Assembly (NCBI GenBank): GCA_964623775.1
Contig: CAZUVH010000001.1
Span: forward strand, 284,784-348,783
Reading direction: 5' to 3'
Source of the DNA: an uncultured Candidatus Saccharibacteria bacterium
GTDB taxonomy: Bacteria; Patescibacteriota; Minisyncoccia; Phycocordibacterales; UBA2100
DNA: 64,000 nucleotides
Numbering within the stretch: position 1 is the stretch's first letter; every line of letters starts with the position of its first letter. The notes below the pieces were generated by a model, which saw nothing but the letters and a program-made list of their open reading frames with translations, did no database searches and had not been told where the DNA came from. Made by a program: the position numbers and the translations under genes. Shown piece after piece: positions 28,205-38,161 of this stretch.

Positions 28205-29209
28205 ATGGAGGCTTTTCAGAAAGTGAACATTTTGGACTGCACGCTCCGTGATGGGAGCTATGCTGTTGACTATACATTTACCGCAGAAGACACGGCTAAA
28301 ATATGCACTGCCCTAGAGGGCGCGGGTGTTGAATATATAGAAATCGGTCACGGGGTCGGATTCAATGGCTCCGAAAAACACGGCAAGGCTGTCGCGACAG
28401 ACGAGGAGTATATAAGAGCGGCGGCAAGCGTTCTTAAAAAATCGAAATTCGGGATGTTCTGTATCCCCGGCATAGCCCGTCTCGAAGATCTTGATATGGC
28501 AGTAAGGTATGGAATGGGGTTTGTCCGCGTCGGCACCAATGTCAGTGAGGCCGAACAGTCAGAGCCTTTTATACGCAAGGCAAAGCAGCTCGGTATGCAT
28601 GTCAGCTTTAATATGATGAAGTCGTATGCCTTGCCTATAGATGAAGTCGTAAAAAAGGCGACGCTCGCGCGCAACTACGGTGCCGATGTCGTATCCGTTA
28701 TTGATTCAGCGGGTGGTATGTTGCCTGACGAGGTCTATGAATATGTCTCCAAGATCAAAAAAGAAGTCACGGGTATTGAGGTGGGTTTCCATGGGCACAA
28801 CAATTTGATGCTTGCGATGGCCAATTCTTTGGCGGCCGTCAAGGCAGGGGCGACATTCATAGACGCAACACTTCAGGGCATTGGAAGGAGTGTCGGTAAT
28901 ACACAGGCGGAGATACTGGTGCTTTTGCTCAATAAACTAGGATACAGGACGGGTATTGATGCGATAAAAATGATGGATGCGGGAGATTCGATCGTACGCC
29001 CGCTCATGCCGCAAGCGACAGGAATAGATTCGCTCAGTGCCACACTCGGAGCTGCTCAGTTCCATTCGAGCTTTCTTCCGATCGTCCAAAAGGTCGCAAA
29101 GGAACAAAGTATCGACGTCCGAAAACTGATCGGCGAAATTAGTAAGATCGATCGAATTACAGTGACTGAGGATCTCGCGAATAAAGTCGCGTCACAACTA
29201 AAAAAGTAA
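28205..29209 (+). CDS. 4-hydroxy-2-oxovalerate aldolase-like (DmpG-type DRE-TIM metallolyase)
   Basis: DCTLRDGS, EIGHG.G, IPGI, DSAG, GFHGHNN, GIGRSVGN. Confidence 0.8.
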   Translation: MEAFQKVNILDCTLRDGSYAVDYTFTAEDTAKICTALEGAGVEYIEIGHGVGFNGSEKHGKAVATDEEYIRAAASVLKKSKFGMFCIPGIARLEDLDMAVRYGMGFVRVGTNVSEAEQSEPFIRKAKQLGMHVSFNMMKSYALPIDEVVKKATLARNYGADVVSVIDSAGGMLPDEVYEYVSKIKKEVTGIEVGFHGHNNLMLAMANSLAAVKAGATFIDATLQGIGRSVGNTQAEILVLLLNKLGYRTGIDAIKMMDAGDSIVRPLMPQATGIDSLSATLGAAQFHSSFLPIVQKVAKEQSIDVRKLIGEISKIDRITVTEDLANKVASQLKK

Positions 29210-29214
29210 TAATC

Positions 29215-30378
29215 ATGAGCGCAAAGAAAGGTAAAAAGGATTTGATCCCGTACTCTCGTCAAACTGTCGATGCGGACGACATACGTGAAGTTGTTAAGAC
29301 CCTGAAGGCGCCGTTTCTTACGCAAGGGCCAAAAATCAAAGAATTTGAAGCGTTGGTTGCAAAATTTACAGGTACACGATTCGCCGTTGCGTTCTCAAAT
29401 GGCACGACCGCTCTTCATGCGGCCTATTCTGCTGCAGGCATCCGCGCGAATGACGAGGTCATCGTTCCCGCCCTGACGTTTGCTGCCACAAGCAATGCCG
29501 CTTTGTATCTCGGTGCGAAACCAGTCTTTGCAGATAGTGATATTCATACGGGCAATGTTGATCCGGCTGCGGTAGAGAGAAATGTAACGGGAAAAACGAA
29601 GGCGATTGTGGCGGTGGATTATGCGGGCAATCCCGCTGATCTTGCCGGGATGCGCAATATTGCCAAGAAACATAACCTTGTATTTATCGAAGATGGCGCC
29701 CAGAGCCTTGGCGCGACCTATCAGAAGCGATCCGTTGGTACGCAGGCAGACATGACGATGTTTAGCTTCCATCCGGTCAAATCAATTACCACGGCGGAGG
29801 GCGGGATAATCGTCACAGATAATGAGCGATACTACGAACATCTCATGATGTTTCGTACGCACGGAATGACTGCGGATTCAAAAAAAATGAATAACAAAAC
29901 GTATGCCAAATGGCACCGAGAGATGCATGTTCTCGGCAATAACTACCGTCTGAGTGATGTTCATGCTGCACTTGGTGTATCGCAGATGCGCAAACTACGA
30001 GGATTTATCGTTAAGCGGCGCGCGGCGGCGAAACGATATTTTTCGCTACTCAAAAATTTCGAGGGAATAAAGTTGCCGCCAATAGAGATTCTCGAATCGT
30101 CCGCGTGGCACCTTTTTCCAGTGCATGTGAATCCCCGTCACCGCGACGCGATTTTCAATGGACTTTTGGCAGCGGGCATCGGTGTGCAAGTTCATTATCT
30201 ACCGGTCTATATGCATCCGTACTACCAAGGTCTCGGATACCAAGAAGGGATTTGTCCAAATGCGGAGAAGTACGCCTTCTCAGAAATCTCGATACCGTTG
30301 TTTCCCGGTATTACACAGCGAGAGCAAGTTTACATCGCCAAGACCCTGATCAGGCTCGTGAAGGACCTCGATCGCTAG
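29215..30378 (+). CDS. pseC: UDP-4-amino-4,6-dideoxy-N-acetyl-beta-L-altrosamine transaminase
   Basis: IPYSRQ, LTQGP, NGTTALH, FSFHPVKSITTAEGG, NYRLSD, QVHY.PVY. Confidence 0.85.
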   Translation: MSAKKGKKDLIPYSRQTVDADDIREVVKTLKAPFLTQGPKIKEFEALVAKFTGTRFAVAFSNGTTALHAAYSAAGIRANDEVIVPALTFAATSNAALYLGAKPVFADSDIHTGNVDPAAVERNVTGKTKAIVAVDYAGNPADLAGMRNIAKKHNLVFIEDGAQSLGATYQKRSVGTQADMTMFSFHPVKSITTAEGGIIVTDNERYYEHLMMFRTHGMTADSKKMNNKTYAKWHREMHVLGNNYRLSDVHAALGVSQMRKLRGFIVKRRAAAKRYFSLLKNFEGIKLPPIEILESSAWHLFPVHVNPRHRDAIFNGLLAAGIGVQVHYLPVYMHPYYQGLGYQEGICPNAEKYAFSEISIPLFPGITQREQVYIAKTLIRLVKDLDR

Positions 30379-30418
30379 AGAGCTCGAAACACGCCGTTTT
30401 ACGGGCTATAGTGAGAAT

Positions 30419-31027
30419 ATGATCGCCATCGTTGATTATGGAATGGGGAACGTTAGATCAATGGTAAACGCGCTTGCGCGTATCGGCGCAGAAGGCATCG
30501 TTACATCAAAAGACAAAGATTTTGCACGTGCCACGCATATTATTTTCCCAGGTGTCGGAGCATTCAGTGATGGAATGCGTGAATTACATACGAGGGGAAT
30601 CATCCCGCTCCTTGAGCGTGAGGTATTGAAGCGAAAAAAGCCGTTTCTCGGAGTGTGTTTGGGCATGCAGTTGCTCATGGAAAAAGGTGAAGAAGGTGGC
30701 GAGATAGATGGTCTCGGATGGATATCTGGGAGGACGCGACGTCTTAGGGTCGACGAGCTCAAATTTCGTTTACCGCATATAGGGTGGAATGACGTACGCG
30801 TCAATGACTCAAAATTATTCACCGAAGTGAGTGCGCTCGATTTCTACTTCGTGCACAGCTTCGTGGTCGATCCCGAAGACGCGACGCTTGTCACAGGGAC
30901 TTGTGATTACGGTGAATCGTTCGTTGCGAGTGTGCAAAAGAACAACATATACGGCGTCCAGTTTCATCCGGAAAAAAGTCAGAAGAGTGGTTCACGGGTA
31001 CTCAAGAATTTTGTAAGCCTATGCTGA
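30419..31027 (+). CDS. hisH: HisH-like glutamine amidotransferase (second paralog)
   Basis: DYGMGN, PGVGAF, CLGMQ, FYFVHS, QFHPEKS. Confidence 0.85.
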   Translation: MIAIVDYGMGNVRSMVNALARIGAEGIVTSKDKDFARATHIIFPGVGAFSDGMRELHTRGIIPLLEREVLKRKKPFLGVCLGMQLLMEKGEEGGEIDGLGWISGRTRRLRVDELKFRLPHIGWNDVRVNDSKLFTEVSALDFYFVHSFVVDPEDATLVTGTCDYGESFVASVQKNNIYGVQFHPEKSQKSGSRVLKNFVSLC

Positions 31028-31770
31028 AGATTCGTATAATTCCCACGCTCACAGTCAAGGCGGAGCGATTGGTAAAAAGTGTTAAATTCGAGAACCACCG
31101 AAATATTGGGAGCTCAATTGCGGCGGTACGAGTTTTCAATGCGCGCGACGTTGACGAGCTCGTCTTTCTGGATATCGATGCGCGTATGCGGGGTATTGAT
31201 ACGAGGTTACTCGAAGATGTGACAAAAGAATGCTGCATGCCGGTGACACTTGGTGGCGGCGTGAAAACCCTCGAAGACTTCAAAAAGATGCTCGCGATCG
31301 GGGCAGATAAGGTTGCAATAAATACTGTCGCTCTCGATGATCCCGATCTTATCGATGCGGCATCAAAAAGGTATGGAGCTCAATGCGTCGTCGTCTCGAT
31401 TGATGTCCGAAAAATCAATAGTGCGTACGAAGTATTTGGATGTGGTGGCAAGCAGGCAAGCGGAAAGGATCCGGTCGCCTGGGCAAAGGAAGTTGAGAAA
31501 CGAGGTGCTGGGGAGATTTTACTCACCTCGATTGATAACGATGGAGTTATGGAGGGATATGATCTCGAATTGATCAAAAAGGTCTCCTCTGCTGTGAGGA
31601 TACCCATCATTGCTTCGGGCGGAGCGGGGATACCAGCGCATTGTGTCGAGGCTGTTACCGCAGGCGCTTCTGCCGTCGCGGCAGCGAGCATCTTTCAGTA
31701 CACACAAACGACGCCGTCATCGATAAAGGAAGCGTTGAGGAATGCCGGTTTCCCCACGCGGGCCTCATAG
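31021..31770 (+). CDS. hisF: HisF-like cyclase (second paralog)
   Basis: MLKIRIIP, VDELVFLD, GADKV, GAGEILLTSID.DG, ASGGAG. Confidence 0.85.
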   Translation: MLKIRIIPTLTVKAERLVKSVKFENHRNIGSSIAAVRVFNARDVDELVFLDIDARMRGIDTRLLEDVTKECCMPVTLGGGVKTLEDFKKMLAIGADKVAINTVALDDPDLIDAASKRYGAQCVVVSIDVRKINSAYEVFGCGGKQASGKDPVAWAKEVEKRGAGEILLTSIDNDGVMEGYDLELIKKVSSAVRIPIIASGGAGIPAHCVEAVTAGASAVAAASIFQYTQTTPSSIKEALRNAGFPTRAS

Positions 31771-31819
31771 GCGCTTAAATTGGCATTCACGTGTTATTTC
31801 TGTAAGATGGTGAGCAACT

Positions 31820-32473
31820 ATGGGACGTACGAAGAAAACGAAGCAAATATCGCATTGGGCGGGTAAAAACGGTAATGCGTATGTAGACCGTAATCCGCAG
31901 ACCACAAAACAAATGGAGAGCCTCTACGCGAAAGATTATGGTGTAAGCCGAAGTTCGATGGATAAAGAATTTTTAAAATCGTTCAACAAGAAGAGTGCGT
32001 CCATTCTCGAAGTGGGGGCGAACGTTGGTACGCAGCTGCAATTTTTGCACGAGCACGGGTTTGCAAAACTTCTTGGCATCGATGTGAATCGCCACGCCAT
32101 AAAAGAAGCAAAGCGTCTTCGCCCGGACGTGGATATTATCGAGGCGTCGGGTTTTGACCTGCCGTTTAAAGACGGAGCGTTTGACCTCGTCTATACTTCA
32201 GGCGTTCTCATTCATATCTCACCAAAAGATATTAAAGACATCATTCGTGAGATGTATCGCGTGTCCCGAAAATATATTTGGGGATTCGAATACTATGCGC
32301 CGAAATATACAGCGGTGACCTACCGCGGAAAAAAGGATCTTTTATGGAAGACGGATTTTGCGGCGCTTTTCCAAAAAGAATTTCCGGATCTAAAAGTCGT
32401 GAAGGAAAAGATCTATAAAATGTCAGACGGTGTAAACGCGACCAAGATGTATTTATTGAAAAAAAGTAACTAA
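31820..32473 (+). CDS. Pseudaminic acid biosynthesis-associated methylase
   Basis: W.G..G..Y..RN, ILEVGANVG, DLVYTSGVLIHI, EYY, YRG....LWK.DF. Confidence 0.8.
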   Translation: MGRTKKTKQISHWAGKNGNAYVDRNPQTTKQMESLYAKDYGVSRSSMDKEFLKSFNKKSASILEVGANVGTQLQFLHEHGFAKLLGIDVNRHAIKEAKRLRPDVDIIEASGFDLPFKDGAFDLVYTSGVLIHISPKDIKDIIREMYRVSRKYIWGFEYYAPKYTAVTYRGKKDLLWKTDFAALFQKEFPDLKVVKEKIYKMSDGVNATKMYLLKKSN

Positions 32474-32474
32474 C

Positions 32475-33632
32475 ATGCTCCGGTATTGTACGAAATGCGT
32501 AATGCCCGATACAAAACCTGATCTTTCATTTGACGAAGACGGGGTGTGCGACGCGTGTCGCTCGGCTTCGCATAAGGGTGAAATAGACTGGAGTGCGCGC
32601 GAGGAAGAATTTAAGGACCTGGTGGCAAGGTTCAAAAATAGCGATGGTACGAAGTATGACTGTATTATTCCGATATCGGGCGGGAAGGATAGTCACTACC
32701 AGGCGTTTATGGCCCGAAAATACGGACTCAATCCGCTCATGGTTCATTTCGAGCCCACGATGCGCACCGATCTCGGTCTGAAAAATCTCGAAAATATTCG
32801 CCAATTCGGAGACGTGATCGAGCTCAGGAAAAATCCGTCAGTATACAGAAAAATGGCCGTCGAAGGGTTTCGTCGTGTCGGCGACAATGAGTGGCCGAAT
32901 CACGTGGGTATTTTCACGTTTCCGATAAGAATTGCGGTTGCCTATAAAATACCACTCATTATTTGGGGCGAGAATTCTCAGCTCGAATATGGCGGCCCGA
33001 AGGCGGCCCGAATGAAGAATGTACTCGATCGTCGGTGGCTCGAAGAATTTGGCGGGCTCCTCGGACTACGCATTGAGGACATGATTGGCGTAGACGGTAT
33101 CAAGCATGAAGACCTCATCTCGTTTTTCTATCCGAGTGAGACAGAATTGAAAGATGCGGGAATCACAGGGGTCTTTTTGGGGTATTACTTCAAATGGGAT
33201 GCTCGGTCGCAGGTCAAGCTCATGCAGGAGCATGGTTTTTCTCTGAAAAAAGGGAAGCCAGTCGAGGGCACATATACGCATTATGAAAATTTGGATGAAG
33301 CGACCGTTGCCGTTCACGACTATCTCAAGTTCGTAAAATTTGGATTTGGAAGGACCACTGACCACGTGTGTCTTGATATAAGAAATGGCCGGATGACCAG
33401 GGATGAGGGCGTGAGACTCGTAAAAAAATACGACGGCAAATTGCCAAAAATCTCCATCACTGATTTTCTGAAGTTTTCCGGCATGTCTCGAAAAGAGTTT
33501 GATGGCGTGGTGGATTCATTTACCAATAAGGCGCTTTTCAAGACCGATGCAAAAGGGAGGTTACTTCGAGACAAGAGCGGCAGCTTGATTAAAAAGTATT
33601 CAGATTACGCGATTGAGGCTCAGCGTGGCTGA
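32475..33632 (+). CDS. N-acetyl sugar amidotransferase (WbuX/PseA family, second paralog)
   Basis: CTKCVMPDTKP, GVCDAC, YDCIIPISGGKDS, KFGFGR, DIRNGRMTR. Confidence 0.9.
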   Translation: MLRYCTKCVMPDTKPDLSFDEDGVCDACRSASHKGEIDWSAREEEFKDLVARFKNSDGTKYDCIIPISGGKDSHYQAFMARKYGLNPLMVHFEPTMRTDLGLKNLENIRQFGDVIELRKNPSVYRKMAVEGFRRVGDNEWPNHVGIFTFPIRIAVAYKIPLIIWGENSQLEYGGPKAARMKNVLDRRWLEEFGGLLGLRIEDMIGVDGIKHEDLISFFYPSETELKDAGITGVFLGYYFKWDARSQVKLMQEHGFSLKKGKPVEGTYTHYENLDEATVAVHDYLKFVKFGFGRTTDHVCLDIRNGRMTRDEGVRLVKKYDGKLPKISITDFLKFSGMSRKEFDGVVDSFTNKALFKTDAKGRLLRDKSGSLIKKYSDYAIEAQRG

Positions 33633-33647
33633 AGTGACATACGTAAT

Positions 33648-34112
33648 ATGGACCAACCCCTTACGTTGCGACGAGTTACGAAAGACGATGCGAAACTTCT
33701 TTATGAGTGGCGTAACGACGAGGAGACCCGGAAACAGTCTCAAAGTATCACACCTGTTGAGTGGGATGAGCATGCGCACTGGATCGAAAACTCACTAAAA
33801 AATCCTGATCGAATTCTTGTCATTGCCGAACGCGGGGGCACGCCCGTTGGCACATGCCGGGCTGATGTGCGAGCCGACGGTTTTACGGAGATATCATACA
33901 CAATTGCTCCGCAGGAGAGAGGCAGGGGACTGAGTAAGCCAATGGTCCAACAGTTCGTAAAAGAATATTTAGAGGGGCGGCGCTTGGCCGCACACATAAA
34001 AAAGGGACACAAGCAGTCAGAGTCGGTTGTAATTGCTCTCGGGATGAAGCCTTTTTTGGAGATACCATCAAAAGACCAAAATGACACCAGGCTGATCGTC
34101 GAGTGGCGATGA
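33648..34112 (+). CDS. GNAT N-acetyltransferase (PseH-like)
   Basis: LYEWRND..TR..S....WDEH..W, EISY, RGRG. Confidence 0.75.
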   Translation: MDQPLTLRRVTKDDAKLLYEWRNDEETRKQSQSITPVEWDEHAHWIENSLKNPDRILVIAERGGTPVGTCRADVRADGFTEISYTIAPQERGRGLSKPMVQQFVKEYLEGRRLAAHIKKGHKQSESVVIALGMKPFLEIPSKDQNDTRLIVEWR

Positions 34113-34140
34113 AACCTCGAAGCGTGTACTATTCTGCCAT

Positions 34141-35181
34141 ATGCAGATAGGTAAGCGGAAGATTGGTAAGGGGCAACCTGTTTTCGTTATTGCCGAGATA
34201 TCGGGCAACCACAATCAGGACATTAATCGCGCCTACGCGATTATTGATGCCGCTGCTGAAGCGGGTGCAGATGCCGTAAAACTTCAAACCTATACGCCGG
34301 ATACCATTACTATCGATTCAGACCAGGAGTATTTTGTAGTTAGGTACAAGAATCCAGATTGGAAGGGCAAAACGTTGTTTCAGTTGTATGGAGAAGCATA
34401 TACACCTTGGGATTGGCAGCCTAAATTAAAGGAATACGCTGAAAAAAAGGGCCTCATTTGTTTCTCATCGCCATTTGATACCACATCCGTTGATTTTTTG
34501 GAGAAAATGCACGTTCCGGCGTATAAAGTCGCCTCTCCCGAGGTTGTTGATGTGCCACTTCTCGAGAGAATAGGTAAGACAAAAAAACCCGTCATTATGT
34601 CGCGCGGGATGGCGAAGCCCGACGAATTACGTTTTGCTATCAAGACCCTAAAAGGGAGCGGTACTAAAGAGGTGGCGATTCTACACTGCGTGAGCGCATA
34701 TCCCGCAATACCTGAGGAGATGAATCTTGCGACCATTCCAGATATCTCAAAACGTTTTAATGTGGTCGCGGGCCTTTCTGATCATACGCTCGGGATCGAG
34801 GTGCCTGTGGCCGCCGTTGCATTAGGGGCATTGATAATCGAGAAACATCTTACGATGAAACGATTTGATGGAGGTCCTGATGCATCCTTCTCTCTTGAGC
34901 CATCCGAATTCAAAGCGATGGTTTCGGCGATTCGAATTACTGAAAAGTCTGTCGGTAAGCCGATGTATACGTTGCTCGCAGAAGAGAATATCCTCGGTAG
35001 AAAATCTTTATTTATTGTGAAAGATGTAAAAAAGGGAGATTTGTTTACTCCGGAGAACGTTAGATCGATTCGCCCCGGCCATGGACTTGCGCCAAAGTAT
35101 TACAAAAAAGTAATAGGTAAGCGTGCAAAGATGGATGCAAAGAGGGGCACACCACTTTCTCGGGGCCACGTGAGCATATAA
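34141..35181 (+). CDS. pseI: Pseudaminic acid synthase (NeuB family)
   Basis: IAEISGNHN, KLQTYTPDT, FSSPFD, YKVAS, GLSDHT, IEKH, C-terminal SAF domain RSIRPG.GL. Confidence 0.9.
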   Translation: MQIGKRKIGKGQPVFVIAEISGNHNQDINRAYAIIDAAAEAGADAVKLQTYTPDTITIDSDQEYFVVRYKNPDWKGKTLFQLYGEAYTPWDWQPKLKEYAEKKGLICFSSPFDTTSVDFLEKMHVPAYKVASPEVVDVPLLERIGKTKKPVIMSRGMAKPDELRFAIKTLKGSGTKEVAILHCVSAYPAIPEEMNLATIPDISKRFNVVAGLSDHTLGIEVPVAAVALGALIIEKHLTMKRFDGGPDASFSLEPSEFKAMVSAIRITEKSVGKPMYTLLAEENILGRKSLFIVKDVKKGDLFTPENVRSIRPGHGLAPKYYKKVIGKRAKMDAKRGTPLSRGHVSI

Positions 35182-35189
35182 TACAAGGT

Positions 35190-35969
35190 ATGGTCATTGA
35201 CGGGCACGTCCATATCTGGGATTCCTCGGACAAAGGATACACAAAAGGCGACGGGTCACTGGAGACGCTTCTAAAAAAAATGGATGAAAATCCAGAGATA
35301 GGGAAGGTCGTGCTCCTGCCCATATCGCCTTTTGTAAGCAATAGTTATATCGGTAAAGTTTGCGCCGAACATCCCGATAAGCTTATCGGTTTTGCGTCAG
35401 TCGATCCGAAGAGTGATACGGCGGTTGAGACGTTTGGGCGTGATGTGCGCCAATATGGTCTTCGAGGTCTCAAATTGCATCCTCGCGTCCAACAGATGGC
35501 AGCATCCGATGAAAGGATTGTAAAGCTGGTAAAAAAAGCAGCTGAGCTGAATGTGCCCGTGCTCATTGATTGTTTCCCGCAAGACACTGCTGCGTTCCCT
35601 GTCGAGAATTTGTTCCCAGAAAGAATCGGTGAACTTGCGCAAAAAGTGCCGGAGGCAAAAATTATTATGGCGCACGTGGGTGGGTACAAAATTATGGATG
35701 CCTTCGCCGTCGCGAAGGCGCGCCAGAACATATACTTCGACTTCTCTTTTTCGCCGCATTATTACAAAGGCTCTTCCATAGAACAGGATCTGGTCTTTGT
35801 ATTGAAAAAGATTGGCTCGAAGCGTTGCATATACGGATCCGATTATCCGGAGGTGTCCATGAAAGAGTCGCTTGAAATCGCGAAGGAGATGGTTGAGAAA
35901 GCGGGCTTTAGCGCTGAGGATAAAGAGTATTTTTTTGGCAAAACACTATTGTCGTTGCTCCCTGCTTAA
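35190..35969 (+). CDS. Amidohydrolase family protein (Amidohydro_2)
   Basis: IDGHVH, GLKLHP, MAHVGG, YGSDYP. Confidence 0.85.
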   Translation: MVIDGHVHIWDSSDKGYTKGDGSLETLLKKMDENPEIGKVVLLPISPFVSNSYIGKVCAEHPDKLIGFASVDPKSDTAVETFGRDVRQYGLRGLKLHPRVQQMAASDERIVKLVKKAAELNVPVLIDCFPQDTAAFPVENLFPERIGELAQKVPEAKIIMAHVGGYKIMDAFAVAKARQNIYFDFSFSPHYYKGSSIEQDLVFVLKKIGSKRCIYGSDYPEVSMKESLEIAKEMVEKAGFSAEDKEYFFGKTLLSLLPA

Positions 35970-35973
35970 ATTC

Positions 35974-36591
35974 ATGGATAAAAAAGATAAAGAAGAGGCG
36001 ATACGGCGCTACGAAAGCAGGCTCGAAGAATTTGGCGAGTCGATGAAAGCACTGGGGTGGAGAAATGAGGAGCAGCAAAAGCTGCGTTTCAAGATTCTTG
36101 CTGAGATCGGCGATTTGCGCGGAAAAAAAATTCTCGATGTGGGCTGCGGCTTCGGGGATTTTTACGGCTATTTGAAAGAGCGGGGCATCGAGACAGATTT
36201 CACAGGTTATGATGTTACCCCGAAGTTTATTGATGTAGCGAAAAAGAAATACCCGGAGGCAAAGTTTAAGGTCATGGACATACAGTCTGACAAAGTCGGG
36301 GAGTCGTTCGATTACGTTTTTTCATCAGGCGTTTTTAATCACGCGATCACTGATAATATGAAATTTACCGAAGATATGATAAAAAAGATGTTCGACCTCG
36401 CGAAGATCGGTGTGGCGACGAATATGATGACCGATAAAGTTGATTTTAAAGACGAGCATCTCTTCTATTATTCACCTGAAGAAATGCTCGCGTATGCAAA
36501 GAAAATCTCGGGCAACGCGGAATTGCGAGAAAATTATGGATTGTATGAATTCAGCTTGTATATAAGGCATCAAGCGGAGCCAGCCAGCTAA
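35974..36591 (+). CDS. Class I SAM methyltransferase
   Basis: ALGW....Q..RF, ILDVGCGFGD, DYVFSSGVFN. Confidence 0.85.
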   Translation: MDKKDKEEAIRRYESRLEEFGESMKALGWRNEEQQKLRFKILAEIGDLRGKKILDVGCGFGDFYGYLKERGIETDFTGYDVTPKFIDVAKKKYPEAKFKVMDIQSDKVGESFDYVFSSGVFNHAITDNMKFTEDMIKKMFDLAKIGVATNMMTDKVDFKDEHLFYYSPEEMLAYAKKISGNAELRENYGLYEFSLYIRHQAEPAS

Positions 36592-36598
36592 CTCTTTT

Positions 36599-38134
36599 AT
36601 GCATTCACTTCGTGGAAAACGCGTCCTTATGATCCAGCAGCGAAGCTGGGGCGTGAATGTCGGTCACCATATTGCAAAAGAGCTTCAAAACGAGGGATGT
36701 CTTCTTGCTGCCGTCACGTATAAGAAAAGCATGCACGCGTTCCATGCATCCCAGAAAGACGTTCGTTATGAAATGTTGATCAGCAACGATGCGGTGTACG
36801 AAAATCCGGAGATGTATATAAAGGAGTCTCCCAAGAGTCTTTCGGAGATCACTGAGGCTCTTGGTATCGAAAGCATATGGCCACTCGTCGCGGGCTCGAG
36901 GGAAGTCACCCGGTCATATGGCGAAAAGTATTTTTTTGCCGGAAGGCAGCAGATGTCTGACGATGAGATCATCCACTATATTCAAGGCGCTTTTGCGTAT
37001 GCCACAGAAATATTTGACACTTTTAAGCCGGATGTAATCGTGGCGCCGCTCATAGCAGAGCCATCACATATGATCTTGTATCACCTCGGGCGGATGCGCG
37101 GGATCTATCCCGTCATCGCTACGGATTCAAAAGTTCGCGGAGTATTTATCGTGGTCACGAGTCCTTGGGAAGATTCCGGGCCCTTCTTCGATCGAATCAA
37201 GGAGCTCAATGATGGAATTGAAAGTAAGAATGCGGCTCGAGCACAGGAATACATTCGACGCTTCAGGGAGAAATTTATGCCGCCCCTTTGGGCGGACCGT
37301 TTTCTTCAAGTAGGGTCACTCTGGAAGAGGATTCGTTCAGAGCTTGCGCCATACCGGCTTATATTTCAGTGGTATGTAAACCCTAATTCGAACTGTGATT
37401 GTGTAAAGCCACTTGGCCCCACGCTCGATTGTAGACCCCCGCGAATCATCCTGCGCGACCACTACACAAAGCTAATGCGGACCAGGGCAGCGAAGAAATT
37501 CCCATATTTCCCGCCTGATCGCGTGAAGGAATACGCGTATTATCCTTTGCAGGTCGAGCCGGAAACCACGCTCGATATTATGGCGCTGAATTTTAGCGAT
37601 CAACGTGAGCTAATCCGCAACATCGCACTTTCCCTTCCAGGGGGGATGACGCTCGTCGTCAAAGATCATCCCGCGATGCTTGGGCTGCGCACAGCGGAGT
37701 ACCTTGAAGATATATCTCGCATGCCTAATGTAAAATTGGTGGACTATCGAATACCCAATGAAAGATTGATTCGTTCGGCGTCGCTTGTATTGGCACCGAA
37801 TGCGACGGCTCATGCTGAGGCGACTATGTACGGTATCCCGGGCGTTCAATTCGGACGTCAGGGGACGACACTCAAGCTCCCGAACGTCATCCGGCACACG
37901 GACTACACGACGCTTCCCGCACGCATTGCGGAGCACCTGAGGAAGAAATTCGATACCGCCGAATATGAGCAGTTATTGAACAATTTTGTAGCCTCAGCCT
38001 ATGATGTGGGGGTAGAGACTGACTATTCCAAGGCGTGGGACTACGGAAAAAAAGAGGAACTCGATGCCATGTGGCGACTCTACAGAGGTGGAATCGAGCA
38101 CGTCTTGCAAAAGAGTGCGCGTGACACAGGCTGA
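36599..38134 (+). CDS. Capsule-biosynthesis (KpsS/Capsule_synth-like) protein, second paralog
   Basis: YYPLQVEPE, VVKDHP, T...EA motifs. Confidence 0.65.
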   Translation: MHSLRGKRVLMIQQRSWGVNVGHHIAKELQNEGCLLAAVTYKKSMHAFHASQKDVRYEMLISNDAVYENPEMYIKESPKSLSEITEALGIESIWPLVAGSREVTRSYGEKYFFAGRQQMSDDEIIHYIQGAFAYATEIFDTFKPDVIVAPLIAEPSHMILYHLGRMRGIYPVIATDSKVRGVFIVVTSPWEDSGPFFDRIKELNDGIESKNAARAQEYIRRFREKFMPPLWADRFLQVGSLWKRIRSELAPYRLIFQWYVNPNSNCDCVKPLGPTLDCRPPRIILRDHYTKLMRTRAAKKFPYFPPDRVKEYAYYPLQVEPETTLDIMALNFSDQRELIRNIALSLPGGMTLVVKDHPAMLGLRTAEYLEDISRMPNVKLVDYRIPNERLIRSASLVLAPNATAHAEATMYGIPGVQFGRQGTTLKLPNVIRHTDYTTLPARIAEHLRKKFDTAEYEQLLNNFVASAYDVGVETDYSKAWDYGKKEELDAMWRLYRGGIEHVLQKSARDTG

Positions 38135-38161
38135 CCAAACTCAAGCGATACTCGTTGTGGT

